In this document: one piece after another, positions 1 to 10,120 of the stretch
Position numbering within the stretch: position 1 is the stretch's first letter
Layout of the letters: the number at the start of each line of letters is the position of its first letter
Source: an uncultured delta proteobacterium
GTDB taxonomy: Bacteria > Desulfobacterota > RBG-13-43-22
Reading direction: 5' to 3'
Length of the DNA: 64,000 nucleotides
Assembly: GCA_963843145.1 (NCBI GenBank)
Contig: CAWJJC010000012.1
Location: 32,001-96,000 of the forward strand
Program-made: the position numbers and the translations under genes
Notes under the pieces: model-generated
What the model was told of the DNA's origin: nothing
The model's database searches: none
What the model saw: the letters and a program-made list of their open reading frames with translations, nothing else

Positions 1-1274
1 CTCAAAAGATTGATAGCCATCCGTCGAGAATACTTAAAATCACTGATGATGTTTCGCTCTTTGGTAATGGCAGTAATTTCTTTTTTAAGGGCCTCAACCT
101 TTTTTACTTCTCCCTTCTTCTGGATAATCTGCTTATTAATCAGGGCCAGTCGCTGGGTTTCTATCTTGACCGGGGTAACCCAGTAAAAAGCGGTCATGAC
201 CATTAAACTCAGCAGCAGGGGAATGGTCAACCAGAAAGGGGTCTTGACTCCCGGTCGGACCCCCCTGGTTATTAGATTCAGGTCATCCGCCCCCCTCCAA
301 AGAAAGGACAGCCATCCGCCTAAGGCCGGGTAGGAAACGTTCCGGGGGGTTCCGGGTAAAGACAGACGCAGGTTCATTTCGTCAGAGAAAACAACCGGCC
401 GGGTTAGGCGCAGCTTGAGCATTTCCTTTAAGGTCGGCTTGGGTTCCGCGAAGTGAAAAAAAACCGGTCGGGGAGGACTGGCCAAGGCTTGATTCGGAAG
501 CAGCTTTTCCAGCGTATCCGCCAACTGGTCGGTTTCAGTTTTCTCATCTGCTGAATCAAAGCTTCCCGTCAGGACAGCGGAAATACCCCGCTTCTGAAAT
601 AGGGCGCCTTCATAGCCCTTTTCTTGGACTTCCAGATAGCAGGCCTCCGGTCCCAGGGCCTGATAATGCCAGAGGGTCTCCATTCCCACCAGATGCACGG
701 TCAGGCCGCCTACCCGAAGCCCTTTTCCCCGAAAGGTCTCCAGGTAAGGGTCGATCCGGTCCGCCCGGGCCGCGATGACTAGCAGGGAGATCTTTTCTTC
801 ATTCCGGGATTGTATCTTAAAGTCAAAATATACTTCCTCGGGGGTAAAGGGGGTGATCCGATCCATCTCCGAGGCCACGACCACAGGCAAGTTCTCCAGG
901 GTGCTGACCGGGAATTCCACGGTTTTGATGACGGCCCAGGATTTGGGTACGGATAAGACGATTTCGGTTTTCAGGGCGTTTCGTTCGGTGAGGTATACGG
1001 CCACCGAAGAGGCCAGGGCCTCCGGCGGCGGATAGCCTTCCTCTTCGTAGGACAGGGATCGTTGATCTCTAATTTTCAGACGGGAGAATAACCGGGTCCC
1101 CAGGACCAGGGCGGCGCCCTTCGCCTCGAGGGCCACACAGAGCATTTTCCGGTAGGCGATGGTCGGGTCCGCCGGACTAAAGGACAGAATCCGCCAGGCA
1201 TAATCCCCGATCCGAGCCAGCAGGGATCCAACCTTGGTTATTGCGGCCGAGGCCTTAATAAAATTCAATTCCAT
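1..1274 (-). CDS. T2SS GspL/PilM-PilN-like inner-membrane platform protein (runs off window start)
   Basis: Read manually from ATG 1274: MELNFIKASAAITKVGS...EIVLSVPKSWAVIKTVEFPVSTLENL...SEMDRITPFTPEEVYFDF, with a later TM segment. Follows gspK. Missing from the ORF track because it is incomplete. Confidence 0.7.
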   Translation of the reverse strand, partial: MELNFIKASAAITKVGSLLARIGDYAWRILSFSPADPTIAYRKMLCVALEAKGAALVLGTRLFSRLKIRDQRSLSYEEEGYPPPEALASSVAVYLTERNALKTEIVLSVPKSWAVIKTVEFPVSTLENLPVVVASEMDRITPFTPEEVYFDFKIQSRNEEKISLLVIAARADRIDPYLETFRGKGLRVGGLTVHLVGMETLWHYQALGPEACYLEVQEKGYEGALFQKRGISAVLTGSFDSADEKTETDQLADTLEKLLPNQALASPPRPVFFHFAEPKPTLKEMLKLRLTRPVVFSDEMNLRLSLPGTPRNVSYPALGGWLSFLWRGADDLNLITRGVRPGVKTPFWLTIPLLLSLMVMTAFYWVTPVKIETQRLALINKQIIQKKGEVKKVEALKKEITAITKERNIISDFKYSRRMAINLL

Positions 1275-1280
1275 GAGTGA

Positions 1281-2267
1281 TTATTTCGAAGCCCCTTCTT
1301 CGGCCTTTATTATAACCGGATTTTTGTAAGAAAGGTAGCGATATTGGTTGTTCCCTTCCAGGGTCACTTGGGCTTGGATCCCGTACCCGGCCTGGCCGTC
1401 TTTTTTGTAGCCCCGGGATTCGATGGTAAAGGTATTGCCCACAGCCACGGTCACATAAGGGGCCATCTGGGCTTGGGCCTCGCCCAGCAGACCGGCGATT
1501 TCCTGAAGGCTCTTGATCTCCTTTTCCTGGCGGTAGGCCGCCACCGCCTCCGCTATTTCCGGGGTCATTCCCGGAAGGGCCAGCAGCACCGGTTTGGTGG
1601 CGGCATTTAGATTAATTTTATTGGTCTTGGCCTGGACGGTTAGAAAATCGACCAGCCCGGGTTTTTGGTCATTCCCGTATAAAATCTCTGCGGTAACCCC
1701 CTTTACCAGAATCAGTTCCTCCACGGTGTCAAAATTGCCGTTCTTGGCCTTATAAGGGTTGGGGAGGGACTGATAATAATCACTTTCCGCCCCATGGAGG
1801 CGATGAAAATCGTCCGGGTCTTTCCAGTCCAGGATAGAATCCACAATGGTATTCACCAACAAATCCTTGTCCTCACCGGGCAGGTCCAGGCTGTTCAGCA
1901 AATTTCGTAAGATTACCTCGGGTGCCAGATTCAAGTCAATCTTTCCCGACTCATCCAGCAGGCGTACCCGATAATATCCCCCTCCCAGGGCGTCGACCTG
2001 CTCGGTCCCGTCGATCCTCCAGGGCTCCTGTTCTTCCTCTCCGAGGTTTTGGGGGTTCTGCTTTCGGTAAAAGAGCTCCACGATGGCCCGCTCGATCCCC
2101 GCCTCGGCCAGAAATTTGTTCTCCCAGCCTTCCTTGAAGGCCCGGCTGGAAAAGGATTCCGTTCGGGCCAGGTAGGAAAAAGAAAAGACAATCACCATCA
2201 GGATGGTTAAGATCCACAAGACCATCATTAGGGCAAAGCCTCTTTGTTGGAAAATAATCGAGCGCAA
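1281..2267 (-). CDS. gspK: T2SS minor pseudopilin GspK
   Basis: G-FALMMVLW prepilin-like N-terminus; DESGKIDLN, DSILDWKDPD and KINLNAA motifs; operon context. Confidence 0.92.
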   Translation of the reverse strand: MRSIIFQQRGFALMMVLWILTILMVIVFSFSYLARTESFSSRAFKEGWENKFLAEAGIERAIVELFYRKQNPQNLGEEEQEPWRIDGTEQVDALGGGYYRVRLLDESGKIDLNLAPEVILRNLLNSLDLPGEDKDLLVNTIVDSILDWKDPDDFHRLHGAESDYYQSLPNPYKAKNGNFDTVEELILVKGVTAEILYGNDQKPGLVDFLTVQAKTNKINLNAATKPVLLALPGMTPEIAEAVAAYRQEKEIKSLQEIAGLLGEAQAQMAPYVTVAVGNTFTIESRGYKKDGQAGYGIQAQVTLEGNNQYRYLSYKNPVIIKAEEGASK

Positions 2268-2285
2268 GCAATCACCTTATTTTCT

Positions 2286-3008
2286 TTATCTTTTTGCAGG
2301 CGTCACGGGTGCCACCGGGGCGGCCGGAATGCCCGGCATGGCAAAGGGGAGTGCCGGGGCGCTCAGGCTGCCCCGCCCTTTGAGCGGTATAATCCAATCC
2401 AGGGCACTATGCTCCAACCGCACATGGAACTTGATTTTTTCCAATTGATCCGTGGTGGCCACGGCGGTGTCATCCACCCATTCATCCACCCAGCGGCCCG
2501 CTTCATCTTTCGGGTCTTTGGAAGTATCTCGGATGAAATATTCAAAATAGAACTCGGCGACCCGGTCCAGCATTCGGGTTTCCCGGCTGTTTTCCTGGCC
2601 GATGATATTTTCTTTAACCCACAAGGTCTGGCGACCGTCGGATTCCTGGGAAACCCGGTAGTGGACGACCACGTATCCTTTTTCACCTCCCCAGATGGAA
2701 TAATTGGTGGCCATATCCAGAAATGTTCTCCCCCCTCGAAAATAATACTTCTTCTCGGCGTTTTCATAATAGGTCAGGGGGATCTCCGATTGAATCTGGG
2801 ATTCCAGGATCGTGATGGCATTCCGGATCCGCTCCAGCGATTCCGCTTTTTTCTCGCCGGCTTCCACCGACCGGAACCCGAGACGCAGGGCGCCCACGAC
2901 AATCAAGATGATCATGGAGATAATGATCACGGAGAGCAATAATTCCAGGAGAGTAAAACCCGGGGGGCCTTTTTTTCGAGCCGGGGAGAGGGTCATTGAA
3001 GAGCCCAT
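2286..3008 (-). CDS. gspJ: T2SS minor pseudopilin GspJ
   Basis: GFTLLELL N-methylation motif; lies between gspI and gspK. Confidence 0.8.
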   Translation of the reverse strand: MGSSMTLSPARKKGPPGFTLLELLLSVIIISMIILIVVGALRLGFRSVEAGEKKAESLERIRNAITILESQIQSEIPLTYYENAEKKYYFRGGRTFLDMATNYSIWGGEKGYVVVHYRVSQESDGRQTLWVKENIIGQENSRETRMLDRVAEFYFEYFIRDTSKDPKDEAGRWVDEWVDDTAVATTDQLEKIKFHVRLEHSALDWIIPLKGRGSLSAPALPFAMPGIPAAPVAPVTPAKR

Positions 3009-3415
3009 TAAATTTCTTTCTTGACCAACTTCAGCGTTTCAAAGGTCATGGACCGGGTCCGCTTCCCCTTGGTCCACTGAATGGTTAGGGCAATATCCAG
3101 GAGTTTAACCGGGAGCAGTTCCGTTCGCTCCGCCAAGCTCTCTTTGACGGCAATATCCAGCCGGTACCCCTCAGGGGAGATCTCGGTCCAGGACTTTTCA
3201 TCCAGATCTTTATCGTCCAGCAGGGCCCTCATTTTAGCGGCCCCCTGGAGCGAGGCCGACACATAGTCTTCCGAGGCGGAGAGGGCCTGCAGGTTGGCTG
3301 AAAATAATTGGAAAACGACCGTAACGGCGATCCCCAGGATCGCTAAGGCTACCAGCACTTCCAAAAGGGTAAATCCCCCATCCTGTTTCAAGCGGGTCTC
3401 CGGAGAAGGGGTCAT
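3008..3415 (-). CDS. gspI: T2SS minor pseudopilin GspI
   Basis: GFTLLEVLVALAIL motif; 135 aa; operon position. Confidence 0.82.
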   Translation of the reverse strand: MTPSPETRLKQDGGFTLLEVLVALAILGIAVTVVFQLFSANLQALSASEDYVSASLQGAAKMRALLDDKDLDEKSWTEISPEGYRLDIAVKESLAERTELLPVKLLDIALTIQWTKGKRTRSMTFETLKLVKKEI

Positions 3416-3417
3416 GT

Positions 3418-3864
3418 TTAGCGAAGCACCACGGAACCGACGATGGGGTCCAATTGAATCTGAATGGTTCGTTTCTTAGAGGACAAAGAGAAGGTCGCTC
3501 CCTCAAGCCCCCCCTGGCTCTCTACCACCAACTGATATTTTCCGGTATGGATTTCCCCCTGGTAAGGATCCACGATCTTTAGGACCAGTTGGGCCGGGAT
3601 TTTCTTGGAAGGGTGCCCGCTCAGACCGTATTCCCGCCCGTCCAGATCAAAGGTCAGCACCTGCCGGCTATCGCTGATCCGGGCCAGGGATCGGGCGTAG
3701 CGGATGGTGGCCGATATCTCCCGGGCGGTGGCCGTTAACCGCCCGGAGGCCAGGGTCTGGGCGAAGAAAAGGGTCGTTAAGCCCAACAGGAGGGTCGCCA
3801 GAAAAAGGACGATGGTGATCTCGATCAAGGTAAAACCGTTTTTATTTTTTCCGGGAGACGTCAA
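3418..3864 (-). CDS. gspH: T2SS minor pseudopilin GspH/FimT-like
   Basis: GFTLIEI motif and AREISATIRYARSLA helix. Probable start is TTG at 3864 behind GAGG; the ORF-track start 3951 lies inside a repeat/hairpin region. Confidence 0.75.
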   Translation of the reverse strand: MTSPGKNKNGFTLIEITIVLFLATLLLGLTTLFFAQTLASGRLTATAREISATIRYARSLARISDSRQVLTFDLDGREYGLSGHPSKKIPAQLVLKIVDPYQGEIHTGKYQLVVESQGGLEGATFSLSSKKRTIQIQLDPIVGSVVLR

Positions 3865-3870
3865 TTGTGA

Positions 3871-4061
3871 TAACCTCGCAAAAAGTCCAAAAGCGACTTT
3901 CTGCTCGGCGGGGGAGGGCTTTCCCTCCCCCGCCATTTGAAGTGAATTCAAATGGTGCCACCCCTACCCCAGACCGGGGCTTAACCGCCCTCGGTCTGTT
4001 GACGGACTTCTGGCCAGTCCGTCAATGGTGCTAACCTCGCAAAAAGTCCAAAAACGACTTT
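3871..4061. repeat. Two 30-bp direct repeats TAACCTCGCAAAAAGTCCAAAA(G/A)CGACTTT enclosing hairpins
   Basis: Copies at 3871-3900 and 4032-4061, one mismatch; the hairpin GGCGGGGGAGGG-CTTT-CCCTCCCCCGCC lies between them. Confidence 0.85.
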
Positions 4062-4064
4062 TCG

Positions 4065-5258
4065 CTAAAAGGGCAAGTCGGTAATGGAGAAAATAGCCGT
4101 CAACATGGATAGGACGATAAAACCGATCACTATGCCCATCAGCAGAATAAGGGCCGGCTCCAAAAAACTGATGAAGCGTTTGACGGCCACCCGCAGGCTT
4201 TTTTCGTAGGTGGCGGCCACCTTCATCAGCATGGTGTCGAGTTGTCCGGTTTCTTCTCCGACCTTAACCATGGACAGGGCCAGCGGCGGGAGGACGTTGG
4301 CCGCGGCCAGGGGAAGGGACATGCCCCGTCCTTCTTTAACCCCTTTGGAGACGCGATCGATAGCCTCGGCAATTACCTGATTGCCGATAACCTCTTTGGC
4401 GTTGTTCAAGGCCTGTAACAGAGGGACCCCGCTTTTCAGCAGCGTCCCCAAGGTCCGGCAAAAACGGGCCGTTTCCAATTTGGTGATTAAGTCCCTTAAT
4501 ATTCTTAATTTAAATCGATCCCAGCGCAGCCGTCCGGCGGGGGAACCGATATTTTTTTTGAAGAGGATCCCCAGGGTAACGGGGACCGCGATCATCAGCC
4601 ACCAGTAATCCCGCAATCCCTGACTGAAGGCCAGCAATACCTGGGTCGGCAAAGGCATGGCGCCCCCCAGTTCCGAAAAGATCACCGAAAATTTGGGCAG
4701 CACGTAGGTCAATAATACGATGATCGATAGGCCGCCGGTTCCGAGAAGGATCAGTGGGTAAATCATGGAGGAGAACACACTGTCGCGAAGCTCCTTGCTC
4801 GTCTCCAGAAAATCGTTCAATTTTTCCAGGACCGCGTCCAATACCCCGCCCGACTCTCCGGCGCGGACCATATTGACATAAAGCCGGGAGAACATTCTCG
4901 GGTGGCGCTGCAAGGCGTCCGAAAAGGAACTGCCTTCGCGAATGGATTTCAAAATGCCCTGGACGATGGCTCGGGTCTCCGGTTTTTCCAATATTTCAGC
5001 CAAAATATTAAGACTTCGATCCAAGGGCAGGCCGGCGTTGAGCAGGACGGACAATTCCGTGGTAAAGGTCAATAAGTCCCCCTTGGCCGAACGCCAGGAA
5101 AACTTTCTTTTGAGACCTTCCTGGGCGCTGGAAATCTTAAGGGGGATTAAACCGGAAACTTTAAGCCGCTCCAGGGCCGCCTTTTGATCCGCCGCCTCAA
5201 TGGCCCCTTCCAGGATTTCTCCTTTCAGGGATGTCGCCCGATAGGAATAAATGGCCAT
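4065..5258 (-). CDS. gspF: T2SS inner-membrane protein GspF
   Basis: Two T2SSF repeats (LYVNMVRAGESGG; MVKVGEETGQL) and three TM segments. Confidence 0.95.
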   Translation of the reverse strand: MAIYSYRATSLKGEILEGAIEAADQKAALERLKVSGLIPLKISSAQEGLKRKFSWRSAKGDLLTFTTELSVLLNAGLPLDRSLNILAEILEKPETRAIVQGILKSIREGSSFSDALQRHPRMFSRLYVNMVRAGESGGVLDAVLEKLNDFLETSKELRDSVFSSMIYPLILLGTGGLSIIVLLTYVLPKFSVIFSELGGAMPLPTQVLLAFSQGLRDYWWLMIAVPVTLGILFKKNIGSPAGRLRWDRFKLRILRDLITKLETARFCRTLGTLLKSGVPLLQALNNAKEVIGNQVIAEAIDRVSKGVKEGRGMSLPLAAANVLPPLALSMVKVGEETGQLDTMLMKVAATYEKSLRVAVKRFISFLEPALILLMGIVIGFIVLSMLTAIFSITDLPF

Positions 5259-6785
5259 TTAGATCTCTTGGGTTACCCGCAGGACCTCAGCGAGTGTACT
5301 TTTTTGAGCCCGGACCTTATCCACCCCGTCTTCCAATAAGGTTCGCATCCCTTTATTTCTGGCCACTTCCCGCATTTCGGTGGCATCGGTGTGCTTTAAA
5401 ATCAGACGGCGGATATCCTCGTCCACCACCAGCAATTCGAAGATCCCGATCCGACCGAAATAACCGGTAAAGGAACAGATTTCACACCCCCGGCCGTGGA
5501 AGGGCGCCATGGTCTGATCGGAAGAACCTAAAAATTGAAGTTCTTCCGGGGTAAAAGCGGTGGAGTCCAACTCCTGGCAGTGGGGACAGATGACCCTGAC
5601 CAAACGCTGGGCCAGGATTCCGCGGATGGTGGACGAAAGGAGAAAATTTTCCACCCCCATATCCAGCAGCCGGGTGATGGCGCTGGGGGCGTCGTTGGTA
5701 TGCAGGGTGGAGAAGACCAGATGCCCGGTCAAGGCCGATTGAATGGCAATCTCCGCGGTCTCCAGGTCCCGGATTTCTCCGATCATGATGATATCCGGGT
5801 CATGGCGAACAATGTGCCTCAGCGTAGAGGTAAAATTCAGACCGATCTGGGACTGCACCTGAATTTGGTTGATCCCCTTGAGCTGGTATTCAATCGGGTC
5901 CTCCACGGTAATAATTTTTTTATCGGGGGAATTGATCTTATCCAGTGCCCCGTAGAGGGTAGTGGTTTTCCCGCTGCCGGTAGGACCGGTAACCAGAATG
6001 ATCCCGTTGGGCTTCTTGATCAACTGATTGAAGGCCTCCAGGACCGATCTCGGGAATCCGAGTTGATCCAGGTCGATCACGATGCCCTCTTTGAGCAGAA
6101 TGCGCATCACCACGTCTTCCCCGTGCAGGACCGGGATGGTGGAAACCCGAAGGTCGATTTCTTTTTCCGCCACCCGCAGTTTGATGCGTCCGTCCTGGGG
6201 TAGCCTCCGCTCGGCGATATTCAATTTGGCCATGATCTTGATCCGGGAAATAATGGCGGCCTGGAGCTTTTTAGGCACCGCCTCGACGTCGTGGAGCACT
6301 CCGTCGATCCGGTAGCGAACCTTTAATTCATCTTCGAAAGGCTCGATGTGAATATCGCTGGCCCGGCTCTCCACGGCCCGGGTGATGAACATATTGACCA
6401 GCTTGATGATCGGGGCTTCCGAAGCCAGGTCTTTAAGATGACCGACATCCTCCTCATCCTCCCGGATAAATTCAAAGCCCCCTTCCCCCAAATCTTCGAT
6501 CAGGCGATTGATATTCTGAGGGTCCTGACCATAAAATTTCAGGATGTAATCGTTGACGACTTGGTCTTCTCCCAAATAGATTTGGACTTCAGCCCCGGTA
6601 GCCACCTTCAAGGCATCGATGATATCGGGGTCCCCCTGTGAGGCTAGAGCCACCTTTAAAAGGTTATTCTTAAGTTCCAAAGGAATGACCTGGTTTTCCC
6701 GAATAAAACGGGAAGAAAGGCCGTTCAGGACCAGGGGTACCTTCGGTAGCCGATCCGGATCTAACGCTTGGATGGCGGGCGCCAT
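5259..6785 (-). CDS. gspE: T2SS ATPase GspE
   Basis: ASDIHIEP, RLPQDGR, Walker A GPTGSGKTTT, TVEDPIEY, GEIRD, STLHTND and a CxxC zinc motif. Confidence 0.95.
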   Translation of the reverse strand: MAPAIQALDPDRLPKVPLVLNGLSSRFIRENQVIPLELKNNLLKVALASQGDPDIIDALKVATGAEVQIYLGEDQVVNDYILKFYGQDPQNINRLIEDLGEGGFEFIREDEEDVGHLKDLASEAPIIKLVNMFITRAVESRASDIHIEPFEDELKVRYRIDGVLHDVEAVPKKLQAAIISRIKIMAKLNIAERRLPQDGRIKLRVAEKEIDLRVSTIPVLHGEDVVMRILLKEGIVIDLDQLGFPRSVLEAFNQLIKKPNGIILVTGPTGSGKTTTLYGALDKINSPDKKIITVEDPIEYQLKGINQIQVQSQIGLNFTSTLRHIVRHDPDIIMIGEIRDLETAEIAIQSALTGHLVFSTLHTNDAPSAITRLLDMGVENFLLSSTIRGILAQRLVRVICPHCQELDSTAFTPEELQFLGSSDQTMAPFHGRGCEICSFTGYFGRIGIFELLVVDEDIRRLILKHTDATEMREVARNKGMRTLLEDGVDKVRAQKSTLAEVLRVTQEI

Positions 6786-7040
6786 TTTAACACCTCGTTT
6801 GGGTTTGTGCCGGAATCGCCAAAAGGGGCTCCGGACTATTCAAAATATTGGCCTTCCCGCCCCCGAAAGCACTCGCTGACGAAAAAACCCTTAATATCTT
6901 TGATGAATAATATACCACAGAAGAACGGGAGATACAACCTTGAGGGACGGGTAGAAAGCCCGTCTCCAAGAAGGGTTCGGGATGACATCAAGGGACTTTT
7001 CGCGGGCTTGTCAACCATCAGAGGGCCCCTAAACTTTTTA

Positions 7041-7069
7041 TTGACATCCCCACTAGTCTATCCTATTTT
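7041..7069 (+). promoter_or_regulatory. Putative sigma70 promoter of the acyl-CoA dehydrogenase gene
   Basis: TTGACA-17 nt-TATTTT about 100 nt upstream of ATG 7167. Confidence 0.5.
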
Positions 7070-7166
7070 CAAGCCTCAGTCCTGAGATTTTCAGGGTTTC
7101 GACCCTCGCCCATACCGATTTTTTATGGTCAGCCATTTTTATTCCCTCTAAGGAAAGGAAAGGTCC

Positions 7167-8318
7167 ATGGATTATTCGTTAACGATGGAACAGGACATAT
7201 TGCGGAAATCGGTCAGGGATTTTGCGGAAAAGGAGATTAAGCCCCGGGCCCGGGAGCTGGACGAAAAAGAGGAATTTTCTTATGAAACCTGCCGGCAGAT
7301 GGCCAACCTGGGACTTTTCGGCATGTTTGTCTCCGAGGCCTATGGCGGCCAAGGCCTGGATTATATTTCCTATATTATTGCCGTGGAGGAAATCGCCCGA
7401 GTGGACGGCTCCCATGCCGCCACTATCGCCGCCGGCAACTCCTTGGGAATCGGCCCGCTGTATTATTATGCCAGTGAAGAACAAAAAAGAAGATACTTGC
7501 CTAAACTCTGCAGCGGCGAGATGCTCTGGGGGTTCGGACTCACTGAACCCAACGCCGGATCCGATGCCGGAAACACGCAAACCACGGCGGTCCTGGACGG
7601 CAATGAATGGGTGATCAACGGGAGCAAGATTTTTATTACCAATGCCTCCACCGCCATCACCGGCGGGGTGACCGTTCTCGCCCGGACGGGGGCCCGAGAA
7701 AATGGAAAAAAGGAATTAAGCTGCATCCTGGTGGAAACCGGCACCAAAGGATTCGAAGCGCGACCCATGCATGGAAAACTCATGTGGCGGGCCTCCAATA
7801 CCAGTGAACTCTATTTTGATGATTGCCGGGTCCCCAAGGAGAATATCCTGGGCCCTCGAGGGGATGGCTTTCATCACATGCTGGGGACGCTGGACGGGGG
7901 CCGACTCAGCATCGGCGCCATGGGCCTGGGCGGCGCCCAGGGTTGTTTTGACCTGGCCTTGCGCTACGGGCACGAGCGGGTCCAGTTCGGAAAGTCCGTC
8001 GGTTCTTTCCAGGTTAATTCTTTTAAACTGGCCGATATGGCCTTAGAAATCGAGTGCGCCCGTTTGTTGCTTTATAAAGCCTGCTGGCTTCGGGACAACC
8101 ATAAACCCTTCGCCAAAGAAGCCGCCATGGCCAAGCTCTATTGTTCCGAGGTCATGTACCGTTGCGCCAACCATGCCGTCCAATTGCATGGCGGCTACGG
8201 CCTGATGAAAGAATATGACGTGGAGCGTTTTTATCGGGACCAGAAATTATTGGAAATCGGGGAGGGCACGTCGGAGATTCAACGGCTGGTGATCTCGCGA
8301 CTGATCGGAGCCATCTAG
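7167..8318 (+). CDS. Acyl-CoA dehydrogenase
   Basis: GLTEPNAGSDA, NGSKIFITN, QLHGGYG and IGEGTSEIQR motifs. Confidence 0.95.
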   Translation: MDYSLTMEQDILRKSVRDFAEKEIKPRARELDEKEEFSYETCRQMANLGLFGMFVSEAYGGQGLDYISYIIAVEEIARVDGSHAATIAAGNSLGIGPLYYYASEEQKRRYLPKLCSGEMLWGFGLTEPNAGSDAGNTQTTAVLDGNEWVINGSKIFITNASTAITGGVTVLARTGARENGKKELSCILVETGTKGFEARPMHGKLMWRASNTSELYFDDCRVPKENILGPRGDGFHHMLGTLDGGRLSIGAMGLGGAQGCFDLALRYGHERVQFGKSVGSFQVNSFKLADMALEIECARLLLYKACWLRDNHKPFAKEAAMAKLYCSEVMYRCANHAVQLHGGYGLMKEYDVERFYRDQKLLEIGEGTSEIQRLVISRLIGAI

Positions 8319-8364
8319 AAAAAAACAGGGCGATGAAAAAACCGCTCATCGCCCTGTTTTTTTC
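8318..8364. terminator. Bidirectional intrinsic terminator
   Basis: GAAAAAAACAGGGCGATGA...TCATCGCCCTGTTTTTTTC inverted repeat between convergent genes. Confidence 0.85.
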
Positions 8365-8370
8365 TTAAAG

Positions 8371-8697
8371 TTACCCCTCCGGGGTAGGGGCGGTCAGTTC
8401 CTCTTTTTCCTGCTTCATGGCCTCCCGCCCGGCGTCAAAGGCCGAAGACAGGGCCGACTTCTTCTGTTCCATGAACTCCTTGCCTTTCTCAATATAGACG
8501 GACGCCTTGTCCTTCCATTCATCGGAAAGGTGGCCGGACTTGTCTTTTACTTCCTCCGCCAGGTCACGAATCTTGTTCCGGGTCTGCCGGCCTTCCCAGG
8601 GGGCGAAAAGTATCGCTACCGCGGCGCCGACTACCCCTCCCATAATAAAAGATAAAATCAAAGAACTGCCGCAACTCTCTCTCATATCTTCTGCCAT
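8371..8697 (-). CDS. YtxH-domain protein
   Basis: FIMGGVVGAAVAILFAP..GRQTR signature. Confidence 0.88.
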   Translation of the reverse strand: MAEDMRESCGSSLILSFIMGGVVGAAVAILFAPWEGRQTRNKIRDLAEEVKDKSGHLSDEWKDKASVYIEKGKEFMEQKKSALSSAFDAGREAMKQEKEELTAPTPEG

Positions 8698-8701
8698 CTC
8701 C

Positions 8702-9139
8702 TCATCCTCCCTTTTTTTTATGTTTAAAGAACGTCTTGCCGGCGGCCAATACTCCGGCGGACAGGCCGGCCATATTGATCAAGGGAGACGCCACCCCTCC
8801 CTTGATCACCCGGTTGATCGTGGATACAAGCCCGGCCGATTCGGCTATGGCTTTAAAAAGGGGCTCCGTCTGTTTCACCCTGTCCTCCACCTGAATCGTC
8901 AGGCGATTTATCCCACCCGAGACCTCTTTCAAATTGCGGACCAGCGGGACTATTTCCACTTCCAGGGATTTCAAGGTAGTTTCCAGGTCCTTGGACAATT
9001 TTGTCAATTGAATCAAGACCCGAATAAGGAAAAAAGCCACCAGGGCCGCTACGATCAAAAAACCCCAACTCACCCAATCCTGCAAGGAAACCCCTCCCTT
9101 CTCTGAAATCCCCATGCCCGGCGGCTGCACTCGGAGCAA
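8702..9139 (-). CDS. DUF948 (YoxC/YtxG-like) membrane protein; true start probably later
   Basis: N-terminal TM followed by coiled coil; usual neighbour of YtxH. Confidence 0.7.
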   Translation of the reverse strand: MLRVQPPGMGISEKGGVSLQDWVSWGFLIVAALVAFFLIRVLIQLTKLSKDLETTLKSLEVEIVPLVRNLKEVSGGINRLTIQVEDRVKQTEPLFKAIAESAGLVSTINRVIKGGVASPLINMAGLSAGVLAAGKTFFKHKKKGG

Positions 9140-9252
9140 GAAAAGGGGAAATCTATTTGTTTATAATAATAGCCTTTTTTCTTGACAAATGCAATGGCTT
9201 TAATGCCTGTTAGGCAAATAGCGGTTGACTCATCGATTCTCAGAACCCGGAG

Positions 9253-9936
9253 TTGGAGATGGTTGCTTCCTGGATAGCGTCCACCAAAGCTTTTCTATTC
9301 GATTTTGACGGGACCTTGGCCAGACTGAATATCGACTTTCAAGCCCTTCGCCTGGAAATCCTGGCTTTGGCCCAGGACTTCGGGCTTAAGGAGCCCATCC
9401 TTCCGGACCCACCCTATCTCCTGGAAATGGCCGGCTCCTTAAGTGCCGAGTTGGCCGTCCGAGAACCCGGACAGGCCGCCGTTTTCCTCAATCGCTCTCT
9501 GGCGTTAATCGAAGCCCGGGAAAGGGAGGCCGCCGCCCCGGAGAACCTCTTTCCCTGCACCCCCCGGGTCTTAGCCGGTCTGCTCCGGGAGAACTTCCAA
9601 GTTGCCATTCTGACCCGCAATTCGGGGGCTTCAGTCCGTCAGGTTTTTCCGGATATCGATCGCTATTGTCACCTTTTTTTGCCCCGTGAAGCCGTACCCC
9701 GGCCTAAACCCGATCCGGGACATCTCCTGGCGGCCTTGCATCGTTTCCAGGTTCCGGCCCGAGAAGCCGCGATGGTGGGGGATCACCCTCTCGATATCCT
9801 TTCAGGTAAAAAAACCGGCACTCGGACTATCGGCGTGTTGACCGGGCGGACGGGTGCCGCGGAATTGGAGGCCGCCCAGGCCGATATCGTCCTGTCCGAT
9901 GTGGCGGAACTGCTGGGGTTATTAATACGAAAATAA
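9253..9936 (+). CDS. HAD-family hydrolase (phosphoglycolate phosphatase-like)
   Basis: FDFDGTL, KPDP and MVGDHPLD motifs. Confidence 0.9.
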   Translation: MEMVASWIASTKAFLFDFDGTLARLNIDFQALRLEILALAQDFGLKEPILPDPPYLLEMAGSLSAELAVREPGQAAVFLNRSLALIEAREREAAAPENLFPCTPRVLAGLLRENFQVAILTRNSGASVRQVFPDIDRYCHLFLPREAVPRPKPDPGHLLAALHRFQVPAREAAMVGDHPLDILSGKKTGTRTIGVLTGRTGAAELEAAQADIVLSDVAELLGLLIRK

Positions 9937-9983
9937 AATGCCAAACCAATCGGCGTTCAGATTGAGTCGGCCTCAACCTTCTT

Positions 9984-10035
9984 TGTCATTCTGAAGGAGC
10001 GAAACGACTGAAGAATCCCTCTGAAAGAAATGACA
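9984..10035. repeat. Truncated palindromic REP-like element (TGTCATT...AATGACA family)
   Basis: TGTCATTCTGAAGGAGCGAAACGACTGAAGAATCCC resembles the elements at 18372 and 33352. Confidence 0.6.
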
Positions 10036-10120
10036 CGACGCCTGAAGGATACCAGCGCTAACAACCCATCGAAACAGGTGAAAGGTGATTAGAGTCAGGA
10101 CGGGATTGCTTTCTTTAAAT

